Below, in pieces: positions 1 to 9,820 of a stretch of DNA of 64,000 nucleotides (the first letter of the stretch is position 1; the number at the start of each line of letters is the position of its first letter). Below the pieces are notes generated by a model. That model was given only the letters and a program-made list of their open reading frames with translations. It did not search any database and was not told the origin of the DNA. Source of the DNA: Candidatus Omnitrophota bacterium. Lineage in GTDB: Bacteria > Omnitrophota > Gorgyraeia > Duberdicusellales > 4484-171. The translations under genes and the position numbers were made by a program. The stretch is taken from NCBI GenBank assembly GCA_016935525.1, contig JAFGQU010000013.1, positions 26,523-90,522 of the forward strand. Direction: 5' to 3'.

Positions 1-1
1 T

Positions 2-451
2 GCCGCCCGGTTCTATTATATCAGCCGGCGTAATTCGTCGCCGCTTGATTTTGATATTGATCTGGCCCGGCAGATATCGTTTGATAATCCCTTGTATTAC
101 GTCCAGTACGCGCATGCCCGGATATGCAGTATATTCGAAAAAGCCGGGGATATGAAGACCGACCTTGCCGGGAGCGCCGCATTGGCCGATGAAGAAGAAT
201 ACCTTCTGTTAAGAAAATTATTTCAATTTACCTATTGTCTCGATAAGATCTATTACAGTTGGGAACCGGTATTTTTGATCGAATTCCTTAAAACCGCCGC
301 GACCGCGTTCCATAAATTTTATGAACAGAAAAAAGTGCTGGACGAAGATCCCCACATAAGACAAGCCCGGTTGAACCTCTTGAGGGCGACCCGGATCACC
401 CTTGCCTGTGGTTTAAAATTGTTAGGTATTACTCCTTTAGAGAAAATGTGA
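2..451 (+). CDS. argS: arginine--tRNA ligase, C-terminal part (5' end lies outside the window)
   Basis: Frame-2 translation from position 2 reads ...LDFDIDLARQISFDNPLYYVQYAHARICSIFEKAG..., which matches the ArgRS anticodon-binding (DALR) domain. Stop TGA at 449-451. Confidence 0.85.
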   Translation, partial: AARFYYISRRNSSPLDFDIDLARQISFDNPLYYVQYAHARICSIFEKAGDMKTDLAGSAALADEEEYLLLRKLFQFTYCLDKIYYSWEPVFLIEFLKTAATAFHKFYEQKKVLDEDPHIRQARLNLLRATRITLACGLKLLGITPLEKM

Positions 452-2112
452 TGAGAACCGAATGGCTGCTTGCCGACCTTAATCCCGATGCCGTTGAATT
501 AGGCGAGGTGTACGGTCTTAATCCGTTGATCGTCCACCTTTTACTTGCCCGCGGGATACCTCAAAAGGAGTTCCTCTCGTTTCTTAATCCTTCGCTCGGC
601 GACCTCTATTCTCCTCATCGTCTGCCGGATATGGAAAAGGCTCTCGGCCGCATACGCAGTGCGATCGAGAAAAAAGAAGATATCCTGCTGTTCGGTGATT
701 ATGATGTCGATGGGATCACCTCGGTCATCATTCTTAACGAATATCTTAAAACTACTCCCTGTAAAGTGCATTTCTATATTCCGCACCGGGTCGAGGAAGG
801 GTATGGGTTGAACACCGCGGCGATCGATGAAGCACGCCGGAAGAATTGTCCGCTTTTGATCGCGGTAGATTGCGGGACTAATTCGTATGAAGAGATCGAA
901 TATGCCCGTTCGTTCGGTATCGATGTGATCGTCCTTGACCACCATACTCCCAAGAAAGGCCTGAACACGCCGTACGCGTTTATCAACCCTAAACGCGAAG
1001 AGAGCGATTATCCTTTTGGCGAACTCTCTTCCGGCGGGATCGTATTTAAATTCGTCCAGGCCCTGAGCGGACGTGATTGTTTCGAACTTCTGGATCTGGT
1101 CGCGCTTTCGGTCGTCTGTGATGTCGCGCCCCTGCGCGGAGAGAACCGGATATTCCTTGTCGAGGGGTTAAAACAACTGAGAGATCCCCAGAGGCTCGCG
1201 CTGAAAGTGTTATGTGAGACCACCAAAATAAAGCCGGCCAATATCCAGCCGTATCATCTGGGATATATCCTCGGGCCGCGGATCAACGCCTGCGGCCGGA
1301 TAGCGTCGGCAAAAGAAGTGTTAGACCTGTTTTTATCGGACGAGTACGATACCGTCCGTGAAGTCGCCCAAAAGATGAACGAGTATAATACTGCCCGGCG
1401 TAGTATCGAAAGCGCGATCTATAAAGAGGCGGAACTGCTCGTCGAGAAAGAGTATAAAGACGATACGGTACTGGTGTTATCGAAAGAGGGGTGGCATCAG
1501 GGGGTGTTGGGGATCGTCGCGTCCCGGCTTGCCGATAAATATTCCCGTCCGGCGTTTTTGATCGGATGTGACGAGAAGAAAGGGAAAGGGTCGGCCCGGT
1601 CGGTTGCCGGCGTGCATATCATGGACGCGTTAGGCGAATGTCAGGATTATCTTGCGACGTATGGCGGACATAAAAAAGCCGCCGGGATCGAGATCTTAGA
1701 AGAAAATATCGAGGCGTTCCGGGTAAAGATCAACGCGGTAGTCAAAGACACGTTTTCCCAAAAGCAGCCGGCAACCCGATTAACGGTCGATGTACAACTT
1801 GATTTTAAAGATATTACGCTTGGATTTGTCGACGATATAGAACGGTTAAGCCCGTTTGGCGAAGAAAACCGGGCTCCCTTATTTTTGAGTAAAGGTATCT
1901 TACCTAAAACTTCCCCCCAGAAGTTACGGTATACCATGTATTCGGTATGGCTTACCGACGGGTCGTGCACCTATGAGGCGATCTTTTATGAACGTAACGG
2001 GTTTTTCGACCTGATCAATTACGGTAAACCGCTGGATGTGGTATACAGTCTCGAAAGAAATTATTATCACAATAGTGTACGGTTGGTATTAAAAGATGTG
2101 CGGTTAGCCTGA
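451..2112 (+). CDS. recJ: single-stranded-DNA-specific exonuclease RecJ
   Basis: 554-aa ORF with DHH phosphoesterase motifs (LLFGDYDVDGITS, DCGTNS, VIVLDHHTP) and a DHHA1 region. Start overlaps the argS stop; GTG at 448 or ATG at 451. Confidence 0.9.
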   Translation: MRTEWLLADLNPDAVELGEVYGLNPLIVHLLLARGIPQKEFLSFLNPSLGDLYSPHRLPDMEKALGRIRSAIEKKEDILLFGDYDVDGITSVIILNEYLKTTPCKVHFYIPHRVEEGYGLNTAAIDEARRKNCPLLIAVDCGTNSYEEIEYARSFGIDVIVLDHHTPKKGLNTPYAFINPKREESDYPFGELSSGGIVFKFVQALSGRDCFELLDLVALSVVCDVAPLRGENRIFLVEGLKQLRDPQRLALKVLCETTKIKPANIQPYHLGYILGPRINACGRIASAKEVLDLFLSDEYDTVREVAQKMNEYNTARRSIESAIYKEAELLVEKEYKDDTVLVLSKEGWHQGVLGIVASRLADKYSRPAFLIGCDEKKGKGSARSVAGVHIMDALGECQDYLATYGGHKKAAGIEILEENIEAFRVKINAVVKDTFSQKQPATRLTVDVQLDFKDITLGFVDDIERLSPFGEENRAPLFLSKGILPKTSPQKLRYTMYSVWLTDGSCTYEAIFYERNGFFDLINYGKPLDVVYSLERNYYHNSVRLVLKDVRLA

Positions 2113-2343
2113 ATAAGCCGGTACGTTTACTTTACCGCTTTTAAGGCATTTAGTGCAGATAAGGGCTTTTTTGATCTTACCGTTTACGAGGATGCGTTTA
2201 TTCTGCAGGTTAGGCAAAAACCGCCGTTTGGTGATCCCGGTCGTTTTCTTACCGACACCACCTTTCTTTTTTGCCATACCGCGGCGAGTGATCGAATTAC
2301 CGGTCATCGCGGTTTTTCCGCAGATCGCGCATTTACGTGCCAT
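2104..2343 (-). CDS. rpmB: 50S ribosomal protein L28
   Basis: MARKCAICGKTAMTGNSITRRG...ICTKCLKSGKV is typical of L28. Internal ATG at 2343 chosen as start (track ORF extends to 2379). Confidence 0.85.
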   Translation of the reverse strand: MARKCAICGKTAMTGNSITRRGMAKKKGGVGKKTTGITKRRFLPNLQNKRILVNGKIKKALICTKCLKSGKVNVPAYSG

Positions 2344-2518
2344 AGGCAGTAATATACTTATGTATGGATTATCTGTCAAGCTTTTTTTAGAAAGGGATTA
2401 CGGTGATTATATGTACATGTGAGTACAGTGATGAGAGAGGAATAAGGGGAGATCGTGGTAATATATGCCGTTATCACCGTAATCAAATTGCGGCATTTTG
2501 CCGCAATTACATAAACTA

Positions 2519-2547
2519 TTTGACACAGAGACGCCAACCATTTAAAA
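2519..2547 (+). promoter_or_regulatory. sigma70-like promoter (TTGACA-17-TAAAAT) upstream of the PagL-like gene
   Basis: TTGACA at 2519-2524, 17-nt spacer, TAAAAT at 2542-2547, about 55 nt before the ATG at 2601. Confidence 0.5.
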
Positions 2548-2600
2548 TTAGTTCTAACTTATATAAAATTATCTTTGGTCTGTAACCGAAGAAGGGGATA

Positions 2601-3158
2601 ATGAGAAAAAGGTTAATTTTATTGGTGTCTTGTTCGTTCTTTGTCTTTCATCTGGCGGGTTTTTCTTTAACCGGTATCGAATATTTTACCGGATGGGTCA
2701 ACGGAAAGGTCAAAGAGAAAGGCTCATTTAACGGGATGCCGGTTTCGGTCGCGTTTAATTTCGATTCGCGCCCGGTACAGGAAAAACTCTCTCTTGACCT
2801 GAAAGGGCAATTGGATTTCGTGGTCGAACCGGGTATTACGGCAGTGTTTGACCCGGCGGCCGAGGCGGAGGTTTTTACTAATTTTCTTATCAAATATACA
2901 TTCCCGGTCGATTGGCGCCTGAAACCTTACCTGAAAGCCGGTGCCGGGCTGATCTACATGACCCTGAACTCGCGGGAACAGGGGACTCAGTTCAATTTTA
3001 CGCCGCAGATAGGGGTGGGGGCTCATTGGTGTATCAATGAGAAGAAAGCATTGACCCTGGAATACCGGTTCCGGCATCTATCGAATGCTGCTGCGAGAAA
3101 ACCGAATAAAGGGATCGATGTCGATATGATGCTTGTAGGTGTTTCCAATTTCTTTTAA
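2601..3158 (+). CDS. outer-membrane beta-barrel protein, PagL-like lipid A deacylase family (putative)
   Basis: N-terminal signal peptide, alternating beta-strand-like composition, C-terminal RFRHLSNA resembling the PagL His-x-Ser catalytic motif, terminal aromatic residue (F). Confidence 0.45.
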   Translation: MRKRLILLVSCSFFVFHLAGFSLTGIEYFTGWVNGKVKEKGSFNGMPVSVAFNFDSRPVQEKLSLDLKGQLDFVVEPGITAVFDPAAEAEVFTNFLIKYTFPVDWRLKPYLKAGAGLIYMTLNSREQGTQFNFTPQIGVGAHWCINEKKALTLEYRFRHLSNAAARKPNKGIDVDMMLVGVSNFF

Positions 3159-3182
3159 CGGAAAGCCGAAAAAAACTATCCC

Positions 3183-3641
3183 ATGTTAAGAAAAGCTACG
3201 CTTAAAGACGCTAAAAAAATACAAAAATTGATCCATTTCTGGGCGAAAAAAGGACGAGTCCTTAACCGTCCGCTTAATTATATTTACGAAAATATCCGCG
3301 ATTTCTGGATATACCAGGAGAACCGTAAAGTCCTGGGTGTATGCGCTCTCCATGTAGTGGGATGGGACGATCTGGCTGAGGTCAAATCACTGGTAGTCGA
3401 TGAAGGTGCGCATAAACGGGGAGTAGGGAGAAAACTCGTTGCGGCCTGTATAAAAGAAGCCGCGCAGTTAGGCGTAAAGAACCTGTTCGCATTGACCTAT
3501 GTCGAGGTTTTTTTTAAAAAGATGGGGTTTAAGAAGATCTCTAAAAGTAAACTGCCGCATAAGATCTGGAATGAATGTATTAATTGTGTCGATTTTCCTA
3601 ATCAATGCTCGGAAATAGCGTTGCTATTGAAGATTAAATGA
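3183..3641 (+). CDS. GNAT family N-acetyltransferase (ArgA C-terminal-domain-like)
   Basis: 152 aa with acetyl-CoA-binding motif VDEGAHKRGVGRKLV. Resembles short N-acetylglutamate-synthase-like GNATs. Confidence 0.7.
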   Translation: MLRKATLKDAKKIQKLIHFWAKKGRVLNRPLNYIYENIRDFWIYQENRKVLGVCALHVVGWDDLAEVKSLVVDEGAHKRGVGRKLVAACIKEAAQLGVKNLFALTYVEVFFKKMGFKKISKSKLPHKIWNECINCVDFPNQCSEIALLLKIK

Positions 3642-3649
3642 GCACATGA

Positions 3650-3734
3650 CTTATGGAGCGCAAGCGCTCATAAGTCATAGGTGCGAATTTAACCCTTGAC
3701 AATTTTACGTAAAATCGTCAAGGGTCAATGCGAC
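3650..3734. promoter_or_regulatory. two long near-perfect palindromes (15/16-bp and 16/17-bp stems) between the GNAT and acyl-CoA dehydrogenase genes
   Basis: ATGACTTATGGAGCGC-aa-GCGCTCATAAGTCAT and ACCCTTGACAATTTTAC/GTAAAATCGTCAAGGGT. No T-tract directly after either, so they could be operators or a terminator pair. Confidence 0.4.
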
Positions 3735-3798
3735 TACAACCTTTTTTATTCGCTTCGCTCACTAAAAAAGATTAAGTCTTATTGAAAGGAGGACTTCA

Positions 3799-4959
3799 AT
3801 GCTTGTAGATTACGGTTTTACCGAAGAACAGAAAATGTTACGAGACCTATGCCGTCAGATCGCTGAAGAAAAGATCCGGCCGGTTTCACGCGAGCTCGAT
3901 GAAAAAGAAGAGTTCCCCTGGGATATCATCAAAGTGATGGCTCAGTCTGATCTGTTCGCGTTGTGTATTCCGGAGGCGTACGGCGGGATAGGCGGAAACC
4001 TTATGGACTTGGTGATCGCGACCGAAGAAATATCCCGGGTCGACGGCGGAGTCGCTACCTGTTATGCCGCGTCCTATTTGGGGATGTTCCCGATATTACT
4101 GTACGGGACCGAAGAACAAAAGAAAAAATATTTACCGGATATCGCCTCAGGTAAAAAACTCGCGGCATTCGGATTGACCGAACCGGAAGCCGGTTCTGAC
4201 GCGTCCGCGGTCAAGACGAGCGCGAAAAAACAAGGCGACAAATATATATTGAACGGAACGAAACATTTTATCACTAACGGCGGGGATGCCGAGGTATATA
4301 CGATCATTGCCGTGACGAATAAAGCTAAGGGCCCGCGGGGGATTTCGGCGTTTATTCTGGAAAAAGGGCAGGACGGGTTTACGTTCGGAAAAAAAGAGGA
4401 AAAACTGGGGATACGAGCGTCTTCGACCGGCGAACTTGTTTTTAATGACGTGGAAGTATCAAAAGATAACCTGTTAGGCGGTAAAGAAGGGCTGGGGTTT
4501 ATCGCGACGATGAAGACATTTGACCAGTCACGTCCCGGTGTCGCCGCACAAGCTGTCGGGATCGCGCAAGGGGCTCTGGAACTTGCGACCGCGTACGCTC
4601 ATACCCGGATACAGTTCGGTAAACCGATCACGTCGTTTCAGGGGATCCAGTGGATGCTCGCCGATATGGCGACAAAAGTCGAAGCCGCCCGCAGTCTGGT
4701 ATATGCTGCCGCGGCAATGGTCGATCGCGGGGTAAAAGATGTCGGCGGGGCAAGCGCGATGGCTAAGTTGTATGCGTCCGATATCGCCATGGAAGTCACG
4801 ACCGATGCCGTCCAGATCTACGGCGGGTACGGGTATATGCGTGACTATCCGGTTGAAAAGTTCATGCGTGACGCGAAGATCACTCAGATCTATGAAGGGA
4901 CTAACCAGATCCAGAAAAACATTATCGCTCTGAATCTCATCAAGAAATACACGAAATAA
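3799..4959 (+). CDS. acyl-CoA dehydrogenase (short/butyryl-chain type)
   Basis: 386 aa with canonical ACAD N-terminal, middle and C-terminal regions (GLTEPEAGSDA, YASDIAMEVTTDAVQIYGGYGY, FMRDAKITQIYEGTNQIQ). RBS AAAGGAGG upstream. Confidence 0.9.
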   Translation: MLVDYGFTEEQKMLRDLCRQIAEEKIRPVSRELDEKEEFPWDIIKVMAQSDLFALCIPEAYGGIGGNLMDLVIATEEISRVDGGVATCYAASYLGMFPILLYGTEEQKKKYLPDIASGKKLAAFGLTEPEAGSDASAVKTSAKKQGDKYILNGTKHFITNGGDAEVYTIIAVTNKAKGPRGISAFILEKGQDGFTFGKKEEKLGIRASSTGELVFNDVEVSKDNLLGGKEGLGFIATMKTFDQSRPGVAAQAVGIAQGALELATAYAHTRIQFGKPITSFQGIQWMLADMATKVEAARSLVYAAAAMVDRGVKDVGGASAMAKLYASDIAMEVTTDAVQIYGGYGYMRDYPVEKFMRDAKITQIYEGTNQIQKNIIALNLIKKYTK

Positions 4960-4984
4960 CAAACGATTATTTTGTATAGATGAT

Positions 4985-5018
4985 AAAAACCCTGGGGAAT
5001 CCCGGGGTTTTTGTTTTT
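4985..5018 (+). terminator. intrinsic terminator downstream of the acyl-CoA dehydrogenase gene
   Basis: AAAACCCTGGGGAATCCCGGGG hairpin followed by TTTTTGTTTTT. Confidence 0.55.
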
Positions 5019-5168
5019 AGAATGTCCGCAGAACTGTTCCTTTTTCTTGAATCACCGCAATCTTTTTTAATTTCTACGCAGACCCCCCCGAGCTTCAGAC
5101 CGGGATGAATACGAGAAATTATCCGCCTCAGTGCGGATGTCCCGCCGAACGAAGTTTGGCGGAACGTG

Positions 5169-5195
5169 AAAAAACCTCGGGCTTTTAGCCCGAGG
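5169..5195 (-). terminator. minus-strand intrinsic terminator with no annotated minus-strand gene feeding it
   Basis: Perfect 8-bp hairpin CCTCGGGC-TTTTA-GCCCGAGG with a T6 tract on the minus strand only (AAAAAA on plus at 5169-5174). Confidence 0.45.
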
Positions 5196-5257
5196 AGATT
5201 CACTCACTGGGATCAGGCGCCGGTGCGTTTGCGCGACAGCGCCAAACAAGAGGTTGC

Positions 5258-5286
5258 TTGACAAAAAAACGATTGTAGTATACATT
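5258..5286 (+). promoter_or_regulatory. candidate sigma70 promoter for aroK (TTGACA-17-TACATT)
   Basis: TTGACA at 5258-5263, 17-nt spacer, TACATT at 5281-5286, ATG at 5295. Confidence 0.4.
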
Positions 5287-5294
5287 TTGAAGTA

Positions 5295-5813
5295 ATGAAT
5301 AAAATAGATAAAAATATATATCTTATAGGATTTATGGGTACGGGAAAGACTACCGTTGCCAAAATCCTTGCCGATGACCTTGGCCGTGAGTTTCGGGAGA
5401 CCGACGAAGAGATCGAGAAATCGGAGCAGAAAAAGATAAAAGATATCTTTGCCGAACACGGCGAGAAGTATTTCCGTCAAAAAGAAAAAGCGGTGCTTAA
5501 AAGGTTGTCTGGCGAGCGAGGGCTCATCGTCAGTTGCGGGGGCGGTGTCGTGATCGACCCGGAGAACCGCGATCTGCTTAAAGTTACGGGGACAGTGGTC
5601 TGTCTTACGGCAAGCCCCGAAACTATTTATCAACGGACAAAAGGGCTGGACGATAGGCCGCTTTTAAATGTTTCCGATCCTTTGGGAAAGATCAAAGAAC
5701 TGCTTGTTTCCCGGGATGAGTATTATCGGGAAACCGGTCATCTTATTATCGATACCGATTCGTTGAACCCGAAAGACGTGGCGGTGAGGATCAAAGAGGG
5801 CATACCTGAATGA
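5295..5813 (+). CDS. aroK: shikimate kinase
   Basis: Walker A motif FMGTGKTTV and shikimate kinase core (VVSCGGGVV...). 172 aa. Confidence 0.85.
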   Translation: MNKIDKNIYLIGFMGTGKTTVAKILADDLGREFRETDEEIEKSEQKKIKDIFAEHGEKYFRQKEKAVLKRLSGERGLIVSCGGGVVIDPENRDLLKVTGTVVCLTASPETIYQRTKGLDDRPLLNVSDPLGKIKELLVSRDEYYRETGHLIIDTDSLNPKDVAVRIKEGIPE

Positions 5814-6871
5814 AAGAGTTAGCTATTCTTTTCAATAAAGCCGGTGTTTCGTTTACGAAGTTTCAGGAGGTTGCCGCCGGGAATAGAGACCTCCTACGTA
5901 CGGTTCAAGACAAAGATGCTTGGGGTGAATTCCCTTTCCTTACCGAAAAAGAGCGTGAACGTCTAAAAGGTCTACAAAGACAGGATTTCGTAAAAAACGA
6001 ATTACAGCGGGCCCAAGAATCGAACGTACAGATCATCGATTTTTATTCTGAAGAATACCCTCAATTATTACGGGAAATCCCGCATCCGCCGGTCGTCCTT
6101 TATGTGCAGGGTTCGCCGGCGGTGATTTCGAAACTGTGTATCGGGATCGTGGGGACGAGGTTACCTACGTTTTACGGGATAGAGATGGCCAAGAAATTTT
6201 CTTACGCTCTGGCGTCGTTAGGATTAATTGTTGTTTCGGGGCTTGCCCGGGGTATCGATACTGCCGCGCATCTGGGGGCGCTTGCCGGCGGGGATACTAT
6301 TGCGGTACTGGGGTGCGGATTGAACTATCGGTATCCTAAAGAGAATGAGAGTCTTGCCGCGCGTATTTCTGAACGGGGTGCGGTGATTTCCGAATTTGCT
6401 CTTGAAGAAAGGCCCCGCCGGGAATATTTTCCCCGGCGTAACCGTATTATCAGCGGTGTGTCACGCGGTGTGCTTGTGGTCCAGGCGGCCGACCGAAGCG
6501 GGGCGTTGATCACCGCCCGGTACGCGCTGGAACAGAACCGGGAAGTATTTGCTCTGCCGGGGGATGTGAATTCTTCAAAAAGCCGGGGAACCAATAAGCT
6601 TATTAAACAAGGCGCGAAACTTGTCGATTCAGTAGAAGATATATTACAAGAGTTACCTTATGATTTTTCCCGGCCGGGAAATGCCTTATCGTTATCCGAT
6701 GAAGAGAAAGGCGTGTTTGATATCATCACCGAAGGAGGTATCAGTCTTGAGGAGATGCTCTTGCGGTATCAACTCAAACGCGATATTATCAATAAAGTAG
6801 TGTTATCGTTACAGATAAAAGGGCTGATCAAAGAGGCTAAACCTTTATATTATGTAAAAGCACAACTTTAA
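5810..6871 (+). CDS. dprA: DNA processing protein DprA (Smf)
   Basis: Rossmann-like DprA core GIVGTR...VVSGLARGIDTAAHLGAL...GRSGALITARYALEQNREVFALPG. Overlaps the aroK stop by 4 nt. Confidence 0.9.
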   Translation: MKELAILFNKAGVSFTKFQEVAAGNRDLLRTVQDKDAWGEFPFLTEKERERLKGLQRQDFVKNELQRAQESNVQIIDFYSEEYPQLLREIPHPPVVLYVQGSPAVISKLCIGIVGTRLPTFYGIEMAKKFSYALASLGLIVVSGLARGIDTAAHLGALAGGDTIAVLGCGLNYRYPKENESLAARISERGAVISEFALEERPRREYFPRRNRIISGVSRGVLVVQAADRSGALITARYALEQNREVFALPGDVNSSKSRGTNKLIKQGAKLVDSVEDILQELPYDFSRPGNALSLSDEEKGVFDIITEGGISLEEMLLRYQLKRDIINKVVLSLQIKGLIKEAKPLYYVKAQL

Positions 6872-6987
6872 GGGGATATGGCAATAAACCAGTCGATAGT
6901 CGACGGTCTATGGTCGATAGTATAGAAAAATAAAAACTAAATGCCAAAGACTAACGACCAACGACTCTATACGGAGCTTTTAAGAAG

Positions 6988-8940
6988 ATGAGTGATTATT
7001 TAGTCATAGTCGAGTCTCCCACAAAAGTAAAGACGATTTCCAAGATCCTCGGGCCGGAATATGTCGTGCTTTCTTCTATGGGGCATGTCATCGATCTGCC
7101 GCCGAAGTCGCTCGCGGTAGACGTCGAAGACAGTTTTAATCCCCGTTATAAAGTCATTCCCGGAAAGAATAAGGTGCTTTCGTTATTGAAAGCTCAGGCA
7201 AAAGGTAAAAAAACGATCTATGTCGCGACCGACCCGGACCGGGAAGGAGAAGCGATCGGCTGGCATATCCGTAACGAATTGAAAAAAGACGCGAAAAGGT
7301 TTTTAAGAGTGAATTTCCATGAGATCACGCCGGAGGCGGTCAAAGACGCGTTTACCCATCCCCGCGATTTCGATATGAACCTTATTTACGCGCAGACCGC
7401 ACGCAGGGTGCTCGATAGGATCGTGGGATATCTGCTTTCCCCGTTATTATGGAAGAAGATCGTGCGGGGATTGTCCGCCGGACGAGTCCAGTCGGTTGCG
7501 CTTAAGTTCATCGTCGAGAGAGAAGAGGCGATCAACGCGTTTGTCCCTAAAACTACGTACGGGGTCGAAGCGTTACTTTTAAAAGGGACCACTGAATTTA
7601 CCGGCCGCCTGGTAAAATTCAGAAAAGAGAAGCCGCCGTTTGAAGAGAAATCGCACGCTGAGGAAGCTATCGCCTATGCGAGGGGTGAAAAATTCATCGT
7701 CGATAAGATCGAAAAGAAAGAAAGTAAACGAAAACCGCCGCCGCCGTTCATCACTTCCTCACTCCAGCAGGAGGCGTTTTATACATACCGGTTCTCTTCG
7801 CAGAAGACGATGCTTTTGGCTCAGAAACTGTATGAAGGGATCGAGATCGATAACCAGATGGTCGGGTTGATCACCTATATGCGTACCGATTCTTATAACG
7901 TAGCCGACCGGGCAAAAAAGGAAGTGAAAGGATATATCGAAAGTAATCACGGCAGCGAGTATTTGCCCGCCAAAGACTATGTCTATAAAGCCAAGAAAAG
8001 AGCCCAGGAAGCTCATGAAGCGATCCGGCCGACTACGGTCGCGCGTACTCCGAATTCGCTACGGGACTATCTTACCGGCGATCTGTTCAAGTTATACGAA
8101 CTGATCTGGCGCCGGTTTGTCTCTTCGTTTATGGCCGAGACGGTATATGAATCGACAAAAGTGACGATGAGCGTCGGGGAAGCCCAGTTTGCCAGTGACG
8201 GCCGACGGATCGTGTTTGACGGGTTTCAGAAGATATGGGAACGAGAAGAAGAACAACCGTTACCGGAATTTACCGAAGGCGAAGGAGTGCAGCTTAAAAA
8301 GATGGATTTTATCGAACATACCACCAAACCTCCCCCGCATTTTAACGATGCGTCGCTGGTAAAACTGCTTGAAGAAAAAGGTATCGGCCGGCCTTCTACT
8401 TACGCGCCGACTATCGCCACGCTTATCCGCCGTGATTACGTGAGCCGGGAGAAAGGGCATTTTGAACCGACCGAACTGGGCAGTAAAGTCTGTAAACTGT
8501 TACTGGAAAATTTTCCCGATATTATGGATGACCGGTTTACCGCCCAGATGGAAGACAAACTGGATGAGGTGGAAGCCGGCGGTATCGAGTGGAACCGGAT
8601 ATTAAAAGATTTTTATCCGTCATTTAAAGAAGCGGTAGATGAAGCCACCAAAAAAGTCCAGAAAGACGTCGAGTACACCCAGGAAATTTGTCCTCAATGC
8701 GGTAAGCCGCTTGTGGTAAAATGGTCTCGTCGGGGGCGGTTCTTAAGCTGTGCCGGATATCCGGGGTGTAAGTTCGCAAAAAGTATCACTACCGGCATCG
8801 AATGTCCCGGCTGTCATGACGGAGAGTTAATCGAAAGGAGAAATCGCAGAGGACAGCGGTTCTACGGATGTACCGCCTACCCTAAATGCACGTATACTTC
8901 TCGGACGCTTCCCGACCAAAACAATACAGAAGAGCAATGA
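6988..8940 (+). CDS. topA: DNA topoisomerase I
   Basis: Toprim N-terminus ([13 protein letters not shown]), topoisomerase IA core and three C-terminal Zn-ribbon motifs ([25 protein letters not shown]). The dprA-topA synteny supports the call. Confidence 0.9.
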   Translation: MSDYLVIVESPTKVKTISKILGPEYVVLSSMGHVIDLPPKSLAVDVEDSFNPRYKVIPGKNKVLSLLKAQAKGKKTIYVATDPDREGEAIGWHIRNELKKDAKRFLRVNFHEITPEAVKDAFTHPRDFDMNLIYAQTARRVLDRIVGYLLSPLLWKKIVRGLSAGRVQSVALKFIVEREEAINAFVPKTTYGVEALLLKGTTEFTGRLVKFRKEKPPFEEKSHAEEAIAYARGEKFIVDKIEKKESKRKPPPPFITSSLQQEAFYTYRFSSQKTMLLAQKLYEGIEIDNQMVGLITYMRTDSYNVADRAKKEVKGYIESNHGSEYLPAKDYVYKAKKRAQEAHEAIRPTTVARTPNSLRDYLTGDLFKLYELIWRRFVSSFMAETVYESTKVTMSVGEAQFASDGRRIVFDGFQKIWEREEEQPLPEFTEGEGVQLKKMDFIEHTTKPPPHFNDASLVKLLEEKGIGRPSTYAPTIATLIRRDYVSREKGHFEPTELGSKVCKLLLENFPDIMDDRFTAQMEDKLDEVEAGGIEWNRILKDFYPSFKEAVDEATKKVQKDVEYTQEICPQCGKPLVVKWSRRGRFLSCAGYPGCKFAKSITTGIECPGCHDGELIERRNRRGQRFYGCTAYPKCTYTSRTLPDQNNTEEQ

Positions 8941-9818
8941 TACCATTTTCCTATTATCGGGATAAGTTCCTTTCCTGCCTGGAAATCGAGAAGAATTATT
9001 CCCCGCATACCCTTCACAGCTATAAAAAAGATCTGGACGATTTCTCCGGGTTTCTCGAAGAACACTATAAAGGCGAAGATATCAAAAAAATAGATTATTT
9101 TATCCTGAGAAAATTTTTAAGTGTCCTTACTTCTCATCCGCTTAAAAAACGGAGTATTTCCCGCAAGATATCGACATTGAAAAGTTTTTTTAAGTTTCTG
9201 GTAAAGGAAGGCGTGACTAAAAATAACCCTTCGGCAAGCCTTATCTATCCTAAACTGGATAAACCGTTACCGAAATTCCTTACTGAACAGGAAGTCCTCA
9301 CGCTCCTGGGGAGCGTGAAAGAGGATACCCTGCTGGATTTGAGAGATAAGGCGATCCTTGAGTTTTTGTATTCTACCGGCGCCCGGGTCAGTGAAGCCGC
9401 GTCTCTAAAAAAAGAACAGATCGAGTTGATCGGCGGGATCGCGAAAGTAAAAGGGAAGGGCAGGAAAGAGCGGTTGCTCCCTCTGGGTGATCCGGCATTG
9501 GATGCGCTCAGGGCATATTTTAAAGCGCGTACCGATAGTAATCCTTATGCCTTTGTAAATAAAAGAGGCGGCACTTTGAGTGACCGTTCGTTTCGGCTCA
9601 TTGTCGATAAATATATAAAAAAGATCTCATCTTCCATGAAGATATCGCCGCATACGTTTCGTCATTCATTTGCTACCCATCTTTTAAATCGCGGGGCCGA
9701 TTTGCGGTGCGTACAGGAATTGTTAGGCCATTCCAGTATCGCGACGACTCAGGTGTATACTCATCTTACGATCGATACCCTAAAAAAAGTCTATGATAAA
9801 GCTCATCCGCGCGCCTGA
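8937..9818 (+). CDS. xerC: tyrosine site-specific recombinase XerC/XerD family
   Basis: N-terminal SAM-like domain and C-terminal catalytic domain ([31 protein letters not shown]). Start ATG at 8937 overlaps the topA stop (ATGA). dprA-topA-xerC order as in Bacillus. Confidence 0.8.
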   Translation: MIPFSYYRDKFLSCLEIEKNYSPHTLHSYKKDLDDFSGFLEEHYKGEDIKKIDYFILRKFLSVLTSHPLKKRSISRKISTLKSFFKFLVKEGVTKNNPSASLIYPKLDKPLPKFLTEQEVLTLLGSVKEDTLLDLRDKAILEFLYSTGARVSEAASLKKEQIELIGGIAKVKGKGRKERLLPLGDPALDALRAYFKARTDSNPYAFVNKRGGTLSDRSFRLIVDKYIKKISSSMKISPHTFRHSFATHLLNRGADLRCVQELLGHSSIATTQVYTHLTIDTLKKVYDKAHPRA

Positions 9819-9820
9819 TC

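Noticed and set aside
541-1241. Minus-strand ORFs (134, 70, 77 aa) antisense to recJ
   Set aside because: Fully embedded in a confidently identified plus-strand gene and carry no recognisable motifs; treated as spurious antisense ORFs. The same reasoning was applied to the other antisense ORFs in the track, for example 18332-18988, 35687-36194, 37126-37623, 48232-48912, 49937-50464, 57445-57999, 59881-60411, 61284-61796 and 62770-63315.
5083-5270. Possibility that the structured block is 6S RNA, SRP RNA, tmRNA or a tRNA
   Set aside because: No GGUUCGA T-loop, no SRP domain-IV-like GGAAG-CAGCC motif, and no tRNA-like CCA end could be seen by eye. Left as an unspecified candidate sRNA only.
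4967-5633. Minus-strand ORFs of 78 and 188 aa overlapping the GC-rich intergenic block and aroK
   Set aside because: Low-complexity, Arg/Ser-rich translations with no RBS or homology signal; the 188-aa ORF runs antisense through aroK. The region is better explained as a structured non-coding block.
6885-6925. GTCGATAGTCGAC / GTCGATAG short repeats upstream of topA
   Set aside because: Only two short copies in a single locus, most simply a local palindrome in the promoter region.
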